Positions 21,682-31,779 of a stretch of 64,000 nt of DNA are shown one piece after another (within the stretch, counting starts at the first letter, position 1; each line of letters opens with the position of its first letter). The position numbers and the translations under genes are program-made. The DNA is taken from NCBI GenBank assembly GCA_963786955.1, contig CAWBAT010000006.1, forward strand, positions 960,001 through 1,024,000. Reading direction: 5' to 3'. Source of the stretch: an uncultured Acidimicrobiia bacterium. GTDB lineage: Bacteria > Acidobacteriota > Terriglobia > Versatilivoradales > Versatilivoraceae. The notes under the pieces are model-generated. The model did not search any database. It saw only the letters and a list, made by a program, of their open reading frames with translations, and had not been told where the DNA came from.

Positions 21682-23973
21682 TCATGCTAGGCTCAGGTAA
21701 AGGGCCATATAACGATCCACCGAAGGAATGAAGATCCGTGTGCGACCTCCACGACTCTGTATTTCCAGGGTCTGTTTTTGAGGCCAGACAGTCTCTGCAC
21801 CGGTTAACTTCAGCCGGTCAGAATCGAGCCAGAGCTCAACCCCGGAAGAGCCGCTATATTTGCCCTTGGTAGCCAATTCGACGGCGTTGAGGATTTGCAC
21901 CAGGATGAAGCGTTTGCTCTTCGCATAGAAAAAAGTTCCATGCACATACTCCGTGAAAGGAACGGGGATCAACTCAGCGATGGGATTCGGATCGAGCTGC
22001 TGCATCAAGCTTGGAATCCATTCCCGAATCCAGAACGGGCGATCCGTAATTCCCCACCCTGTAGCGGAATGGATGGCACGGAAAACGGGAGCCCCGATGT
22101 ACAACGCCCGGCCTTGGCCAAATTTGTTATAAACCGCACCGGGTCCGGCGGTTTCAGTCCCCGGGGGCGGCGCCCCCCAGTTGAACCACTTGTCCTTGGG
22201 CAGATCTTCAACCATGACTGGGAGCCGGAAACGCATTACTTCCTCGGCGGTTGTCCGCCGCAGTTTAAGGAAAGATCCAGGCAGCCCTACGGTCCCATCG
22301 GATATCGGTTTTGCCAAAGGGTGTCCGGCTGATTCCAAATAGACCGCGACCATCCCTTCCTTAAATTTCCCATCCTGATCATAAGCATACTTGCGTTCTT
22401 CCGAAACCAGATCGACACCCAAAACATCAGCCAAAGGAAAATTGGAGCGTGGCTGAAAATGTTCATCCAATAGCCCGCACTTGTAGCTGGCCACAAGCGT
22501 CCCTCCCTTCCTGACCCACTCTCGAATGAGCGCCACGTGGGAGTCTGAGAGAACATCCACCTCCGGCAACACCAGCGAATCAAATTGTTCGAGCAATGGA
22601 CCGGAAAGACGGATCTCGGGAATGCTTTCGACCGGACGTCCAGCATAGACCAGCGTTTCCAGAGCCCCGGTCGCCGACTGCCGAAAATCCAAAGGGCGTT
22701 TCTGCCGATCCAGTTCTTCCCGGGTGGTTTCGCTGTAAAGCATCGCCGTGCTGTAGACCGGCTCCAGCCCTTCCAAAAGACCATCCACTTGACGGACATC
22801 TTCCCAAGCTTCCTTCGCCACCTTAAACCAACGAGTGGAATACCCCTGCCCATCAATGTCGCTTAACACCGGCGCATTGCCGACGAAAAAAGTTCTGGCA
22901 TTCTGAACAATCAAAGCATCCGCCTGCACTCGAGGGACAACTCCAGGATACTTGTCCACGTAGCCAAATTGGGTAAAAACGCCGGCCTGATAGTCGGGAC
23001 GACCCCAGCCGCGGGCGAGGATCGATCCCAGCGAGATTCCTGTATTGGTCGTAACCGGTTCATTATAGATATAGCTCACTTTTTGCATGATGGAGTTAGG
23101 GAACTGCTCAGGGCCGCCGTTTAGCGACAGGGGGATCCCAGGCCGGTGTTTGCGAGCAATCGCTAAAATCGCATCTAGCATTTCATTCGTGGTTCGGCGT
23201 TGATGCCACTGGTAACGGCGTTCCCATCCTTCGCGCGTCTTGAACCCTTCACGATAAGGGTCGCCCGGATGGTCTTGGTTCCAAGCCTCTTCGGTATACC
23301 GGCAGAAGCAAAAAGGATCTAACCCTTGACTGTGGTACATCCAGAACTGGATGCCAAAAGAATCCAAGAAAAGCATGTCGCTGGGATAATGGGAGAAGAT
23401 CTCCTCCATCATGCCCAACACAATCTGGCGGTAAGGGCTGTCGAGACAGACAATAGGCCAGCGGAGTTTTTGTTGTTTGCCTTCCTGGTTCACCCAGCCC
23501 CAATCCGGGTGGCTGTGTACGATCTGGTGGTTGAACTGCAAGCTGTAATAGGTGACAGCAGAGATGCCCTTTGCATGGGCCAGCTCAACTTCCTTCCCGT
23601 AAAGATCGAAGGTCAAGTTGGGGTGGCGTACGGATACCTGGGTAGGATAAAAAGCATATCCCCAACAATCCTGCGAATAGAACATGATAGATTCGGCCCC
23701 GGCCTCCTGAGAGGCCTGTAATGCGGCCTCCAAGTTGATATTGAACTTTGCCTCCGGCGGAACCTGAAATTCCCACTCCATCATGCGATACGTCTTTTGG
23801 GGGGAAATCATCCCCACTTTCTTGTGATTCGCCAGCAACTTGGTGAGTTCGGGGTAGACAGATTGGCTGCTCCCGGCCAAAACTCTCGGAGACACCAGGG
23901 CTGCTGCTGCCCCAGTGCTGAGGAATTGGAGAAAACTGCGGCGGCTCGGCCCAAATGGAATGCCATGAGGCAT
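21682..23973 (-). CDS. Tat-exported glycoside hydrolase (GHL6/GH151-like with beta-galactosidase trimerisation domain)
   Basis: SRRSFL twin-arginine signal; GYAFYPT...HPNL, HPDW and CLDSPYR motifs; WVRKGGTLVAS GATase-like domain. Confidence 0.75.
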   Translation of the reverse strand: MPHGIPFGPSRRSFLQFLSTGAAAALVSPRVLAGSSQSVYPELTKLLANHKKVGMISPQKTYRMMEWEFQVPPEAKFNINLEAALQASQEAGAESIMFYSQDCWGYAFYPTQVSVRHPNLTFDLYGKEVELAHAKGISAVTYYSLQFNHQIVHSHPDWGWVNQEGKQQKLRWPIVCLDSPYRQIVLGMMEEIFSHYPSDMLFLDSFGIQFWMYHSQGLDPFCFCRYTEEAWNQDHPGDPYREGFKTREGWERRYQWHQRRTTNEMLDAILAIARKHRPGIPLSLNGGPEQFPNSIMQKVSYIYNEPVTTNTGISLGSILARGWGRPDYQAGVFTQFGYVDKYPGVVPRVQADALIVQNARTFFVGNAPVLSDIDGQGYSTRWFKVAKEAWEDVRQVDGLLEGLEPVYSTAMLYSETTREELDRQKRPLDFRQSATGALETLVYAGRPVESIPEIRLSGPLLEQFDSLVLPEVDVLSDSHVALIREWVRKGGTLVASYKCGLLDEHFQPRSNFPLADVLGVDLVSEERKYAYDQDGKFKEGMVAVYLESAGHPLAKPISDGTVGLPGSFLKLRRTTAEEVMRFRLPVMVEDLPKDKWFNWGAPPPGTETAGPGAVYNKFGQGRALYIGAPVFRAIHSATGWGITDRPFWIREWIPSLMQQLDPNPIAELIPVPFTEYVHGTFFYAKSKRFILVQILNAVELATKGKYSGSSGVELWLDSDRLKLTGAETVWPQKQTLEIQSRGGRTRIFIPSVDRYMALYLSLA

Positions 23974-24100
23974 GATGGTCCTCCTCTAAAAGTCTCCTGA
24001 AATCATATGAAATATGACCCAAAAATCATCGCATTGCGCGTCTGCGTCTTCCCGTGGAATACTCCTCTTTATCAGAAGAGCCCGTCGGTGGGCAGATTTA

Positions 24101-24228
24101 GTACTGCTTTTCATAAATACGGTGACAATAACGCCGGGTCGGTGACCCGGCCTACAACTTTGTAGGCCGCGTGCCCCCACGCGGCGCCTATTCCAAAGAA
24201 ACGTCACCGGATTTATGAAAAGCAGTAC
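24101..24228. mobile_element. MITE-like element, 128 bp, with 18-bp perfect terminal inverted repeats and internal REP-like hairpins
   Basis: GTACTGCTTTTCATAAAT ... ATTTATGAAAAGCAGTAC, TTA on both flanks; second copy at 50440..50566. Confidence 0.75.
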
Positions 24229-24315
24229 TTAGGCCGGAGCAGTGAGGAACCGGATGAGCCCTCGGGAATCGCCACTCGACACGTTGGGGGAGTTGAGAAT
24301 AATGACGGCATATCA

Positions 24316-24750
24316 CTAGACCCGGTGCGTATCAGCCCGCCAGTTCTGGATTGCCTTTTTGATGGCATCTTCAGAGAGACTTTCAGCCGCTGCTTTTTGC
24401 GCCAAGGCAACAAACTCCCTGTCAGAAGCAAAACGCAGGGCGATGATCTGGCGAATGGTCAACTTGGGGTCCAGCAATTTTCCCGTATGCACATAATGAC
24501 GAAAGTTCTCTTCGGCTCGAATCGCACGATCCTGGGCCTTCAACGCGAATATGCGGCAGAAGAAGAACAACAGCAGCAGACAAATCATAATGACAACGAT
24601 CAAGGAGGCACTATAGATTCGCTGATGATCTCCCAGAGAATGGTAAAGATTGACGATGGAACCTATAAACGTGAGAACAATGAGTCCGAAAAGGACGAAG
24701 TGGAACAGCGGGACAAAACGTCGATGATTCGCGTAGTTTTGCGTTTCCAT
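24316..24750 (-). CDS. DUF6526-like membrane protein
   Basis: QNYANH, QDRAIRAEEN.R, ALRFASD and W(R)AD motifs; two TM helices. Confidence 0.8.
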   Translation of the reverse strand: METQNYANHRRFVPLFHFVLFGLIVLTFIGSIVNLYHSLGDHQRIYSASLIVVIMICLLLLFFFCRIFALKAQDRAIRAEENFRHYVHTGKLLDPKLTIRQIIALRFASDREFVALAQKAAAESLSEDAIKKAIQNWRADTHRV

Positions 24751-24876
24751 AGATAGGCTCCTGTCTTACTGTGAATTTATGTTACAGCCCGGAGTATATC
24801 ATGTCCCAAATTTCTGTGCGGCGTCGCAGAGCTCCGCCCTCCAAAGGTGAGACATTCAGGGCCGTGATTCTTATTT

Positions 24877-25599
24877 TTAGTTTCCAAGGAAGACATTCAA
24901 CGTCAATCCGGCAACGTTTAAATGATTCGGAGTGGAATGGGAAGTATTTTGGTGCAAGTAATAGCCATCCAAAGCCCAATGGCGCTTGAATTGAAATTGC
25001 ACGCCAAAGGAATATTGGTTTTGAACCCAACTGTCATATCGAGTGTCATAGAAGAGTTCACCCCAGGCATAGGGATCAAACCGAATATGATGTACCAGGA
25101 ACGCCCGCTCAAGAGTCAAACGGTTTCGGTAACGGGTGGAATACTCCCCATTGATGAACCGCAATTCGACAAGGTTCCGATCTGACAACAACAGTCCATA
25201 GCGAGGATAAAAGCGTGGCGTGCCTTCGATGAGAACCCTGTTTTCATCGCTGGGACTCTTTTGCTCCTGTGTCGTTTGCCAGTAATTGATAGCCAACGCC
25301 AAAGACAAAATAGTTTTCCTTGTCACTGTCATAATGGGGCCGATGTTCTCGATTCACCGGCTTCAACTGAAAGTTAACTTGTGCGCCTTCAAACCATTGT
25401 AAATAAGAGGATTCACTCGCTGGTCCGAGTTCCACCCTATCAGGTTTAATCTCATGCCTGGTTCGAGCCGGACGTAGGCATCCGCCTCTGACCAAAGTTC
25501 TGCCCATGTTTCTGGCTGCTGGGCACGGGCGTTCGACGAAAAAGTCAGGAGAAGCAGAAAGCAGCCACTCAGTTGTAAAAGGATTCTTCTCCCAGCCAT
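24877..25599 (-). pseudogene. DUF2490-like outer-membrane beta-barrel protein with two frameshifts
   Basis: The signal peptide (25599), middle (WFEGAQVNFQLKP...FGVGY) and C-terminus (ENR, DRNLVELR, RYRNRL) lie in three different frames. Confidence 0.7.
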
Positions 25600-25609
25600 A
25601 GAATTTTTT

Positions 25610-26826
25610 TTAGCCACAAAAAGGCACAAAAGTCGCAAAGAGGTTACGGGGTCTTTTTGGCATCATGTGGCCGTCATTTCTAGTTGAGTCTCTTTCGATC
25701 CCTAAGCTTCAAAGATAATTACTGTTTCGCCTTCAATCCTACCTTACAAGAACGATACGCCAACATATGGAGCCCTTTTACTTTTATCTTGTTTTGCGTT
25801 TTTTGCGCTTCTTTGCGGCTCAAAAGTTTTAGCCGCAAAAAGGCACAAAAGTCGCATAGCGACGACGCAAATTTCTAGCATCACTTCGTCATGAATACTT
25901 AACAAGCCCAACTGGATCCATGGGCTTAAAAGATAGATATTGTTTAGACTTCGATCCCGCCTTACAGGAACAATACGCCAACATATGGGGCCCTTTTACT
26001 TATTTCTCTTTTTGCGTTTTTTGCGCTTCTTTGCGGCTAAAAGAATCTTGGGCGTAAAAAGGGCGTTAAGAACAGCTACCCTTTCGTCAAAACGTATTTG
26101 TGAATCTCTAATTTGGGTGCACCAAAATTGATGAGTAATCCGTGCTCAATTCGGCAAGCACGCAAATAACCCAAGATTTGAGCAATATGCTCCTCGGCTA
26201 TCGCCTTACAGGCTTTCAATTCAATAATCAAACAAGCCTCAACAAATAAGTCCGCACAATAGTCTCCCAATACTGTTCCATCTTCATCAATGACCTTCAA
26301 AGGGAATTGCTGATCGACCTTCAACCCTTGGTTGCGCAGGCGATGAGCCAGACCATTCTCATAAACCTTTTCTAGATGCCCATGCCGTAAATATTCATGG
26401 AGGGCAAAGCTGGTTTCCCTTATCTGGTCACAAAGTTGGAAGATGGGATCCTTCATTCATTCTGCCCGCTCAGCTTTTTATTGCTCAAAGGAATTATTGG
26501 CCGCAAAAAGGCACAAAAGTCGCAAAGGGACGACACAAAATTTCGAACAACACATGCTAGTAAGTCCTAATCAAATCCATCAAGATTTAACTCAAACAAT
26601 GACTAGGGATCGTTTCCTCTTGGATCTTGCCTCAGATAAAAGATAGAGCAATAAAATGGGATCCTTGTTTCATTTCACTTCTTGCGCTTTTTTGCGACTC
26701 TTTGCGGCAAATGAATTTTGGGCCACAAAAAGGCACAAGAAACGCAAAAATGGTAAAGGTCTTTTCCGGCAGCTTCGTAGCCTTCCCTCTGTGCCTCTTG
26801 CGCTTTTTTGCGACTCTTTGCGGCTG
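25610..26826. repeat. Array of inverted-repeat units (arm A GCCRCAAAAAGGCACAAAAGTCGCAAA, arm B TTTGCGYTTTTTGCGMYTCTTTGCGGC) flanking a GxxExxY gene
   Basis: Arm A at ~25612, 25831, 26500 and 26722; arm B at ~25792, 26010, 26682 and 26798. Confidence 0.9.
26076..26456 (-). CDS. GxxExxY protein (PD-(D/E)XK_3 nuclease-like)
   Basis: GHLEKVY, ADLFVE..IIELKA, AQILGYL and GLLINFG motifs. Confidence 0.95.
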   Translation of the reverse strand: MKDPIFQLCDQIRETSFALHEYLRHGHLEKVYENGLAHRLRNQGLKVDQQFPLKVIDEDGTVLGDYCADLFVEACLIIELKACKAIAEEHIAQILGYLRACRIEHGLLINFGAPKLEIHKYVLTKG

Positions 26827-27015
26827 AAGAAGCAGTCGCAGCGCCAGTTGTAGCCGGGGACGTTGACCCCGGCCGGCCCCAGCGGGGCCAGCTAATACAC
26901 GGACTTTTGCAACTTAGTACTTGTCTGAATGGTTTTACTTCAATGCCTCGGTGATGCAGCACAACGAAGTGGGACAGCGACAGCCTGCCGAGTTGTTACT
27001 CCTGCGCAAGCTGCT

Positions 27016-27771
27016 TCAGGGTGTGGGGACTACTCGATAGTAGACGCCGTTTGCGCCATAGGACGGCTGGAACCAGGTGTTGCCCAGTATGTAATAGGTT
27101 GTGCCGTTGACGGTAGCAGGGGCAGAGCCAACCGGCAGCGTCGCATAAATCCCGCCCATCACGTAAGCGGTGCTTGCCGCAGCCGCCCCGGCTGCGACAC
27201 CGGCGCTATAAGCGGTGGCGGTATTGGCACTGCCGGCAGCAACTCCGGCACTGTAGGCACTGCTCGTGGCTGCAGATGTTTTGGATGAGGCAACGGCCGC
27301 TCCGACCACGGCACCCGTAACGGCAGCGCCTGCCACCGCCCAGCCGCTGACGCAGTTGTAACACCCTGTTCCGTAATGAACCACTGTGGTCGGTGGATGG
27401 TATCCATAGTAGGCAGTAGGCGGATGGTATCCATAATAAGGCGTGGGAGGATGATACGCGGTGGCGCCATAGGGGGTGGTATGGGTCGCGCCATATCCGG
27501 CTTCGCCCGATGTGGTTCCTCCGTAGGTGTTCGTGTGGGTTGTGCCCCCGCCGTAGGCGTGCGACGTGCTGCCGCCGTACTCGTTAGTGTGAGAGCTACC
27601 CTCTCCATAGGTGTGCGACGTGCTGGTGCCATAGGCGCTGCTGTGACTCGTGGAACCATAACTGTGCGAGGTGCTGCCGCCGTAACGGTTCGCATGCGAG
27701 TAGGCTAAAGCTGACTCGCACGGTACGAGCACAATCATGAAACTTAAAATACAAATGACGATAGCTTTCAT
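27016..27771 (-). CDS. Secreted Gly/Ser/His/Tyr-rich repeat protein
   Basis: Signal peptide; repeated SH..YGG(S/T)TSH units; C-terminal V.GTTYY...WFQP.YG.NGVYY.VV.P domain. Confidence 0.75.
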   Translation of the reverse strand: MKAIVICILSFMIVLVPCESALAYSHANRYGGSTSHSYGSTSHSSAYGTSTSHTYGEGSSHTNEYGGSTSHAYGGGTTHTNTYGGTTSGEAGYGATHTTPYGATAYHPPTPYYGYHPPTAYYGYHPPTTVVHYGTGCYNCVSGWAVAGAAVTGAVVGAAVASSKTSAATSSAYSAGVAAGSANTATAYSAGVAAGAAAASTAYVMGGIYATLPVGSAPATVNGTTYYILGNTWFQPSYGANGVYYRVVPTP

Positions 27772-27790
27772 ATTTTATTCTACCTCCTCT

Positions 27791-28684
27791 TTACTTTTTC
27801 TCCGCTTTGGATGGGGTTGGCTTGGCCTTCTTCGGAGGCTTCGCGCCTGGCGACGGTGCCGGGTTTGGGTGGGCAAACGGGATCCGCTTTGCATTGGCAG
27901 CGCTCGATGATCCAAAGGCATCCGCCGGGACAGTCAAATCAAGTTTCCAATCCGAAAGCAGCAAGTTGTGGCGCAGTCGCTCCGGATCGTCGAGGTACAC
28001 TGCATGAATCAACCGGGGCAGCTTGTCTTCAGTTCCAATGAAGACCTGTGCGAACACCCCGTCGCCGGCGTAGGCCACGATATCCGTCGTCGTGTCCCCA
28101 ACAATATGGGATTGGCCGACGTAGTATGCCAACTGCAGCCCCGGGGCCAGATCCTTGTAGGGGTCTGTCACAATCAAGTCGGTAAAGGGAAAATAAATCG
28201 CCGCAGAACGGTAGGCGGCTTCCAGCGTCGCGTCGATCGTGGGCGGCGCATCAGCCACGGCCAGCAGATTCTCGACCGGCGCAAAGGCCATCATGACCTT
28301 GCCGTCGTAGTAAAACTCAGAAGCCGGACCATCCCCAGAGAGGATCACCCGCAATTTGTCAGGCCGCTGCAGAGTGACTAGGAACTTGTTGGCGAAAGCA
28401 AGAGGATGACCCTGGCGGCTCGGGCTCTCAAAAGTTTCCACTGCCGTAAACGCCATCGTCCGGGCCGCGGCCAGGCGGCTGCTCGTGGCCTTCAGAATCT
28501 CGACCGCTTTGGGCTCGAGATCCGGCTTGGGCTGGGTTGCAACCGGCTTCTTGGCTGGGACAGCCTTTTTCTGGGTTGCTGCTGGTTTCGAAGATTGCGG
28601 TGGGGCCTGGGCGTTTGCTGTGGCAAGGAAAAGGCTCAATACCATCGGCATCATCCAACTTAGGAATTTATTTCGAATCATCAT
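27791..28684 (-). CDS. DUF2092 domain periplasmic protein
   Basis: LQRPDKL, FYYDGK and APPTID motifs; RBS GGAGA before ATG 28684. Confidence 0.88.
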   Translation of the reverse strand: MMIRNKFLSWMMPMVLSLFLATANAQAPPQSSKPAATQKKAVPAKKPVATQPKPDLEPKAVEILKATSSRLAAARTMAFTAVETFESPSRQGHPLAFANKFLVTLQRPDKLRVILSGDGPASEFYYDGKVMMAFAPVENLLAVADAPPTIDATLEAAYRSAAIYFPFTDLIVTDPYKDLAPGLQLAYYVGQSHIVGDTTTDIVAYAGDGVFAQVFIGTEDKLPRLIHAVYLDDPERLRHNLLLSDWKLDLTVPADAFGSSSAANAKRIPFAHPNPAPSPGAKPPKKAKPTPSKAEKK

Positions 28685-28728
28685 GGTTCTCCACGAGTAA
28701 GAGAATCGAGGTCTGTACTGGAATTCAA

Positions 28729-29020
28729 TCACGGAATCATCCCACATTCAAACATTTTGTTGGCGATGGGAGGTGCAACTTTATTGATGAATACGGTGCG
28801 CATCTGCGGATCGTTCTTAAGTAATCCGATGACTTTTTGTTCTTCAGTGCTCGGCGGGGCCTTTTGGCTTTTCTTCACCCACAACTGCTCGCAAGTCGAC
28901 TGCTGGTACTTTTGAATAACCTGTTAGCAACCATATCCAAGATCGGATATTGGGGAAGGGCCGGGCCAACCAAAAGCAAAGTGGGAATTAAGGGGATCAG
29001 GAGAATAAGTCTCTTGCTCG
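28729..29020 (-). pseudogene. Frameshifted paralog of the small two-Cys secreted protein at 52015..52347 (not in the ORF track)
   Basis: Manual translation: ...PQYPILDMVAN / IQKYQQSTCEQLWVKKSQKAPPSTEEQKVIGLLKNDPQMRTVFINKVAPPIANKMFECGMIP*, with one base missing near 28920. Confidence 0.8.
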
Positions 29021-29720
29021 TGGCTAATTCCGTGGGCCGGTCCAAGCGGCGAAAATTTTAAAGTAAAGAGAATCTTGCGGTGACAAAGTGAGGAGCCGGA
29101 CTGGCTATTGCGTGTTACGTTTCCCCAATGGAATTGTGCTGAAGGCACCTACAGAGTTTGTGAGGAAGATTCAGGAGTGCATCGCAAAGTTGGAGGAGGC
29201 TCGTTTGGAAAAGTTTCGCAAGAAGTGATTGGTGAAGGGAAGATGGGAATTCCCCCTTGTATATTCATTCCGGAGTTAGGAATGTGCAAGAATTGGCCAG
29301 CCCCTCTCCCACGCGCTGGGGCGAGGGGAGCCGATAACGCAATTTGGGGTTCTATTCAGCGCACGGGAGCTAAATATTTTTATATTTTGCCGAGCTAGAG
29401 CTCAGAGGGTTGGAGACCTTTCAGGATTTGTGGAATTGGTGAATGTGGGTTTGCCGAGACCGTCACTGGAGTATCTCCATCTTGAATTGAAGAGTGATTA
29501 TCCGCGACACTTTTTCAGGTTTTCGGCTCTCCTCTCCCCAACGCGGGAGAGGAGTTGGAGGTGAGGGGGGCACTACGAGGGGAAATTGTCACAAAATCTA
29601 CTGCATTTCTATTAGCAGGCTTTTGACCCCCGCGTGGGTCTAGCCCGTGACCGCATGGACATGGCGCTTTTCATCCCAATGTCACCGTTTCACGCATCGG
29701 CAAAGTTCCGACACCTGATC

Positions 29721-30304
29721 TCATTCTTCAACAATCTGGTCGTCCTTGCTCTGCGACCAGACTATTAAGACACAAGTCATGGAAAGGGTTACTGCAGACA
29801 GAATTATACTCAGTGTCGTCGCAACCGCTAAATTAAGACTAAACCGGCCGCGGAGCAGACCTGTCATCCACATGAATGTGAAAGGAACGGCAGGAGAAAC
29901 CAAGGTTCAAAAAGATTACGAGTCTGCCTGAACCATGGGCAGACCCCGACACTTCTCCACGAACCTTTGAACCTATTTCTAGGCCAACCCACCAGTGGCA
30001 AGTGTTCCCCTCGTAACGTCCCCTCTTTGGCTTGCTGGCCCAGGAACCGGAGATATCCTCGAACCTGGTAGCTTTGGTAAAGCATCACGAATGCGGAGAG
30101 CGCGACAAGCGTCCCGGCAAGTTCAAGCCATAAATCCGTGGATGCTCCGCTCCTTGTCCCCGAGACGTGTGCGTTGGCGATAAACCCTTCACCGACCAGC
30201 AACCACATGATGCGGTGATTGGTTACGTTGTCTTCATGGCAGATCATTTCACGGATGACCGTCGGACACTGCTCCTGTCGGATGTCGTACAGGGTATCGC
30301 TCAT
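29721..30304 (-). pseudogene. Membrane protein coupled to the amylase gene; frameshift near 29882
   Basis: ATG 30304 overlaps the amylase TGA. ORFs 29864..30337 and 29721..29903 join at LLPFL/FTFMW. Confidence 0.55.
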
Positions 30305-31779
30305 AAGGCACACACCTCGAACACGTGGCATTTCCAAGGTCCCAATTCGACATACAAACCCGCATCCCGCATCTCACTCCCGCCTCGGTCGTAGGTTTCA
30401 CCGGACAGAATATCGGTGAGACGCCATTCCTTTCCGCGCAGCTCGTCCCACGGCACATGGACGCGCGCCTGGGCGGCTTCTTGCCGGAAGTTGATGACGA
30501 TCAGGTAGCGCTCATCGTTCTTAACCCAGCACCAGGTAAGAATATTCTGGCAGCTCTGGTTGTCGGGCCAGCCGCTCCTCTCGCAGAGACGCCATTCACC
30601 ATTCCGAAAAACATCTCGATCGGTCCCTTTCAGGAGGCGCTCGTAGAAAGCCCTGAGGTCCTGATCGACTGGCTCTGTCGGGCGACGCCCCAGAAACACA
30701 GGCAACCTAACCTTTCTTCCCTCGAATTGCCCCTCGTGAAGCAGCTTTGCCCCCATGAGCGTGAGTGTCGCGACTGCTGCAGCGCGTCCTTTTCCGGATA
30801 GAAAAGTGGCCGCGGCCCGGGGCTCGTCATGGTTCTCAATGAACCGGACCATCTTCTCCTGGTACGAAAAATCCGCCAGCAGGTGTTGACGCACGGTCTC
30901 GGGGTCAGCATGCTCCATCCGGTCATAGAGCTTCTTATCGTAGCAGTAATCAAAACCCTGTTGTTGCAGTTCCCACTCGAGGTCCCAGTAGGCTTCGGCA
31001 ATGAACTTAAACTCCCTATGCTTTCCTTGGATCGCCGGTATCACTGTCCTCCAGTAGTCGTTGACTGGTTTTTCTCCGGCACGAGCCCCCCAGGTACGTT
31101 CGAAAATATAGTTGAGCAGGAGCATCGCCATGTCGCACCGGATGCCGTCACACTGATCCGCGATTTCCGAGACCGTCTCAATCACCGCCTTTCGGAGCCC
31201 CGGCTGGAAGGCGTTGAGTTGGAGCACATCAGGCCATGCCGGGAAATAGGGATCCCGGCCGCAGGCAAACACCTTTCCTCCCGCCTCGATAAAGGAAGCC
31301 GGATCGTTCCTCGCATCGTCGGCGTTCCCCTGCACGAAGTATTCCGGATGAGTGCTAACCCAGGGGTGGTCCGGCGCCACGTGGTTGGGAACAAAATCAA
31401 GGATAAGCCGCAAGCCGCGTTCAGCGAGCCTACTTCGTGCGACTGCCAACCCCTTCGGGCCGCCGAGTTGCTCATCAACGACGTAGCGGCGCACACAATA
31501 GGGCGAGCCCACATTGTCCTCAGCTGAAAAATCGGCGAGGGCTCGCCGGAAATCCTCAAGAAGCCCCTTGTTGCGCATGGAGATCTCGATCCCGGCAGGG
31601 CTCCGCTCCCACACTCCCATGAACCAAACGGCGTCAAAACCATTGGAGGCTATGGCATCCCACTCCTCGTCAGGAACCGTGGCGAGAGTCACAGTCTTTT
31701 TATATCTCCGGCTCAACTCACACAACCACACCCACGTATTGATCTCGTAAATGACTGGATGCTTGGACCATGTTTTCAT
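30301..31779 (-). CDS. Alpha-amylase family (GH13) glycoside hydrolase
   Basis: LDFVPNH, DGIRCDMAM, AEAYW and FIENHDE conserved regions. Confidence 0.93.
   Translation of the reverse strand: MKTWSKHPVIYEINTWVWLCELSRRYKKTVTLATVPDEEWDAIASNGFDAVWFMGVWERSPAGIEISMRNKGLLEDFRRALADFSAEDNVGSPYCVRRYVVDEQLGGPKGLAVARSRLAERGLRLILDFVPNHVAPDHPWVSTHPEYFVQGNADDARNDPASFIEAGGKVFACGRDPYFPAWPDVLQLNAFQPGLRKAVIETVSEIADQCDGIRCDMAMLLLNYIFERTWGARAGEKPVNDYWRTVIPAIQGKHREFKFIAEAYWDLEWELQQQGFDYCYDKKLYDRMEHADPETVRQHLLADFSYQEKMVRFIENHDEPRAAATFLSGKGRAAAVATLTLMGAKLLHEGQFEGRKVRLPVFLGRRPTEPVDQDLRAFYERLLKGTDRDVFRNGEWRLCERSGWPDNQSCQNILTWCWVKNDERYLIVINFRQEAAQARVHVPWDELRGKEWRLTDILSGETYDRGGSEMRDAGLYVELGPWKCHVFEVCAL

Noticed and set aside
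25610-26826. CRISPR array
   Set aside because: The repeats alternate in orientation, the spacers are 40-155 bp and homologous to each other, and there are no cas genes.
25684-26853. Short ORFs with FLRFLRFFAA / FCDSLRL-type peptides
   Set aside because: Translations of the non-coding repeat arms.
29130-29228. Short + strand frame GIVLKAPTEFVRKIQECIAKLEEARLEKFRKK*
   Set aside because: May be a gene tail, but it is too short to assign without a database search.
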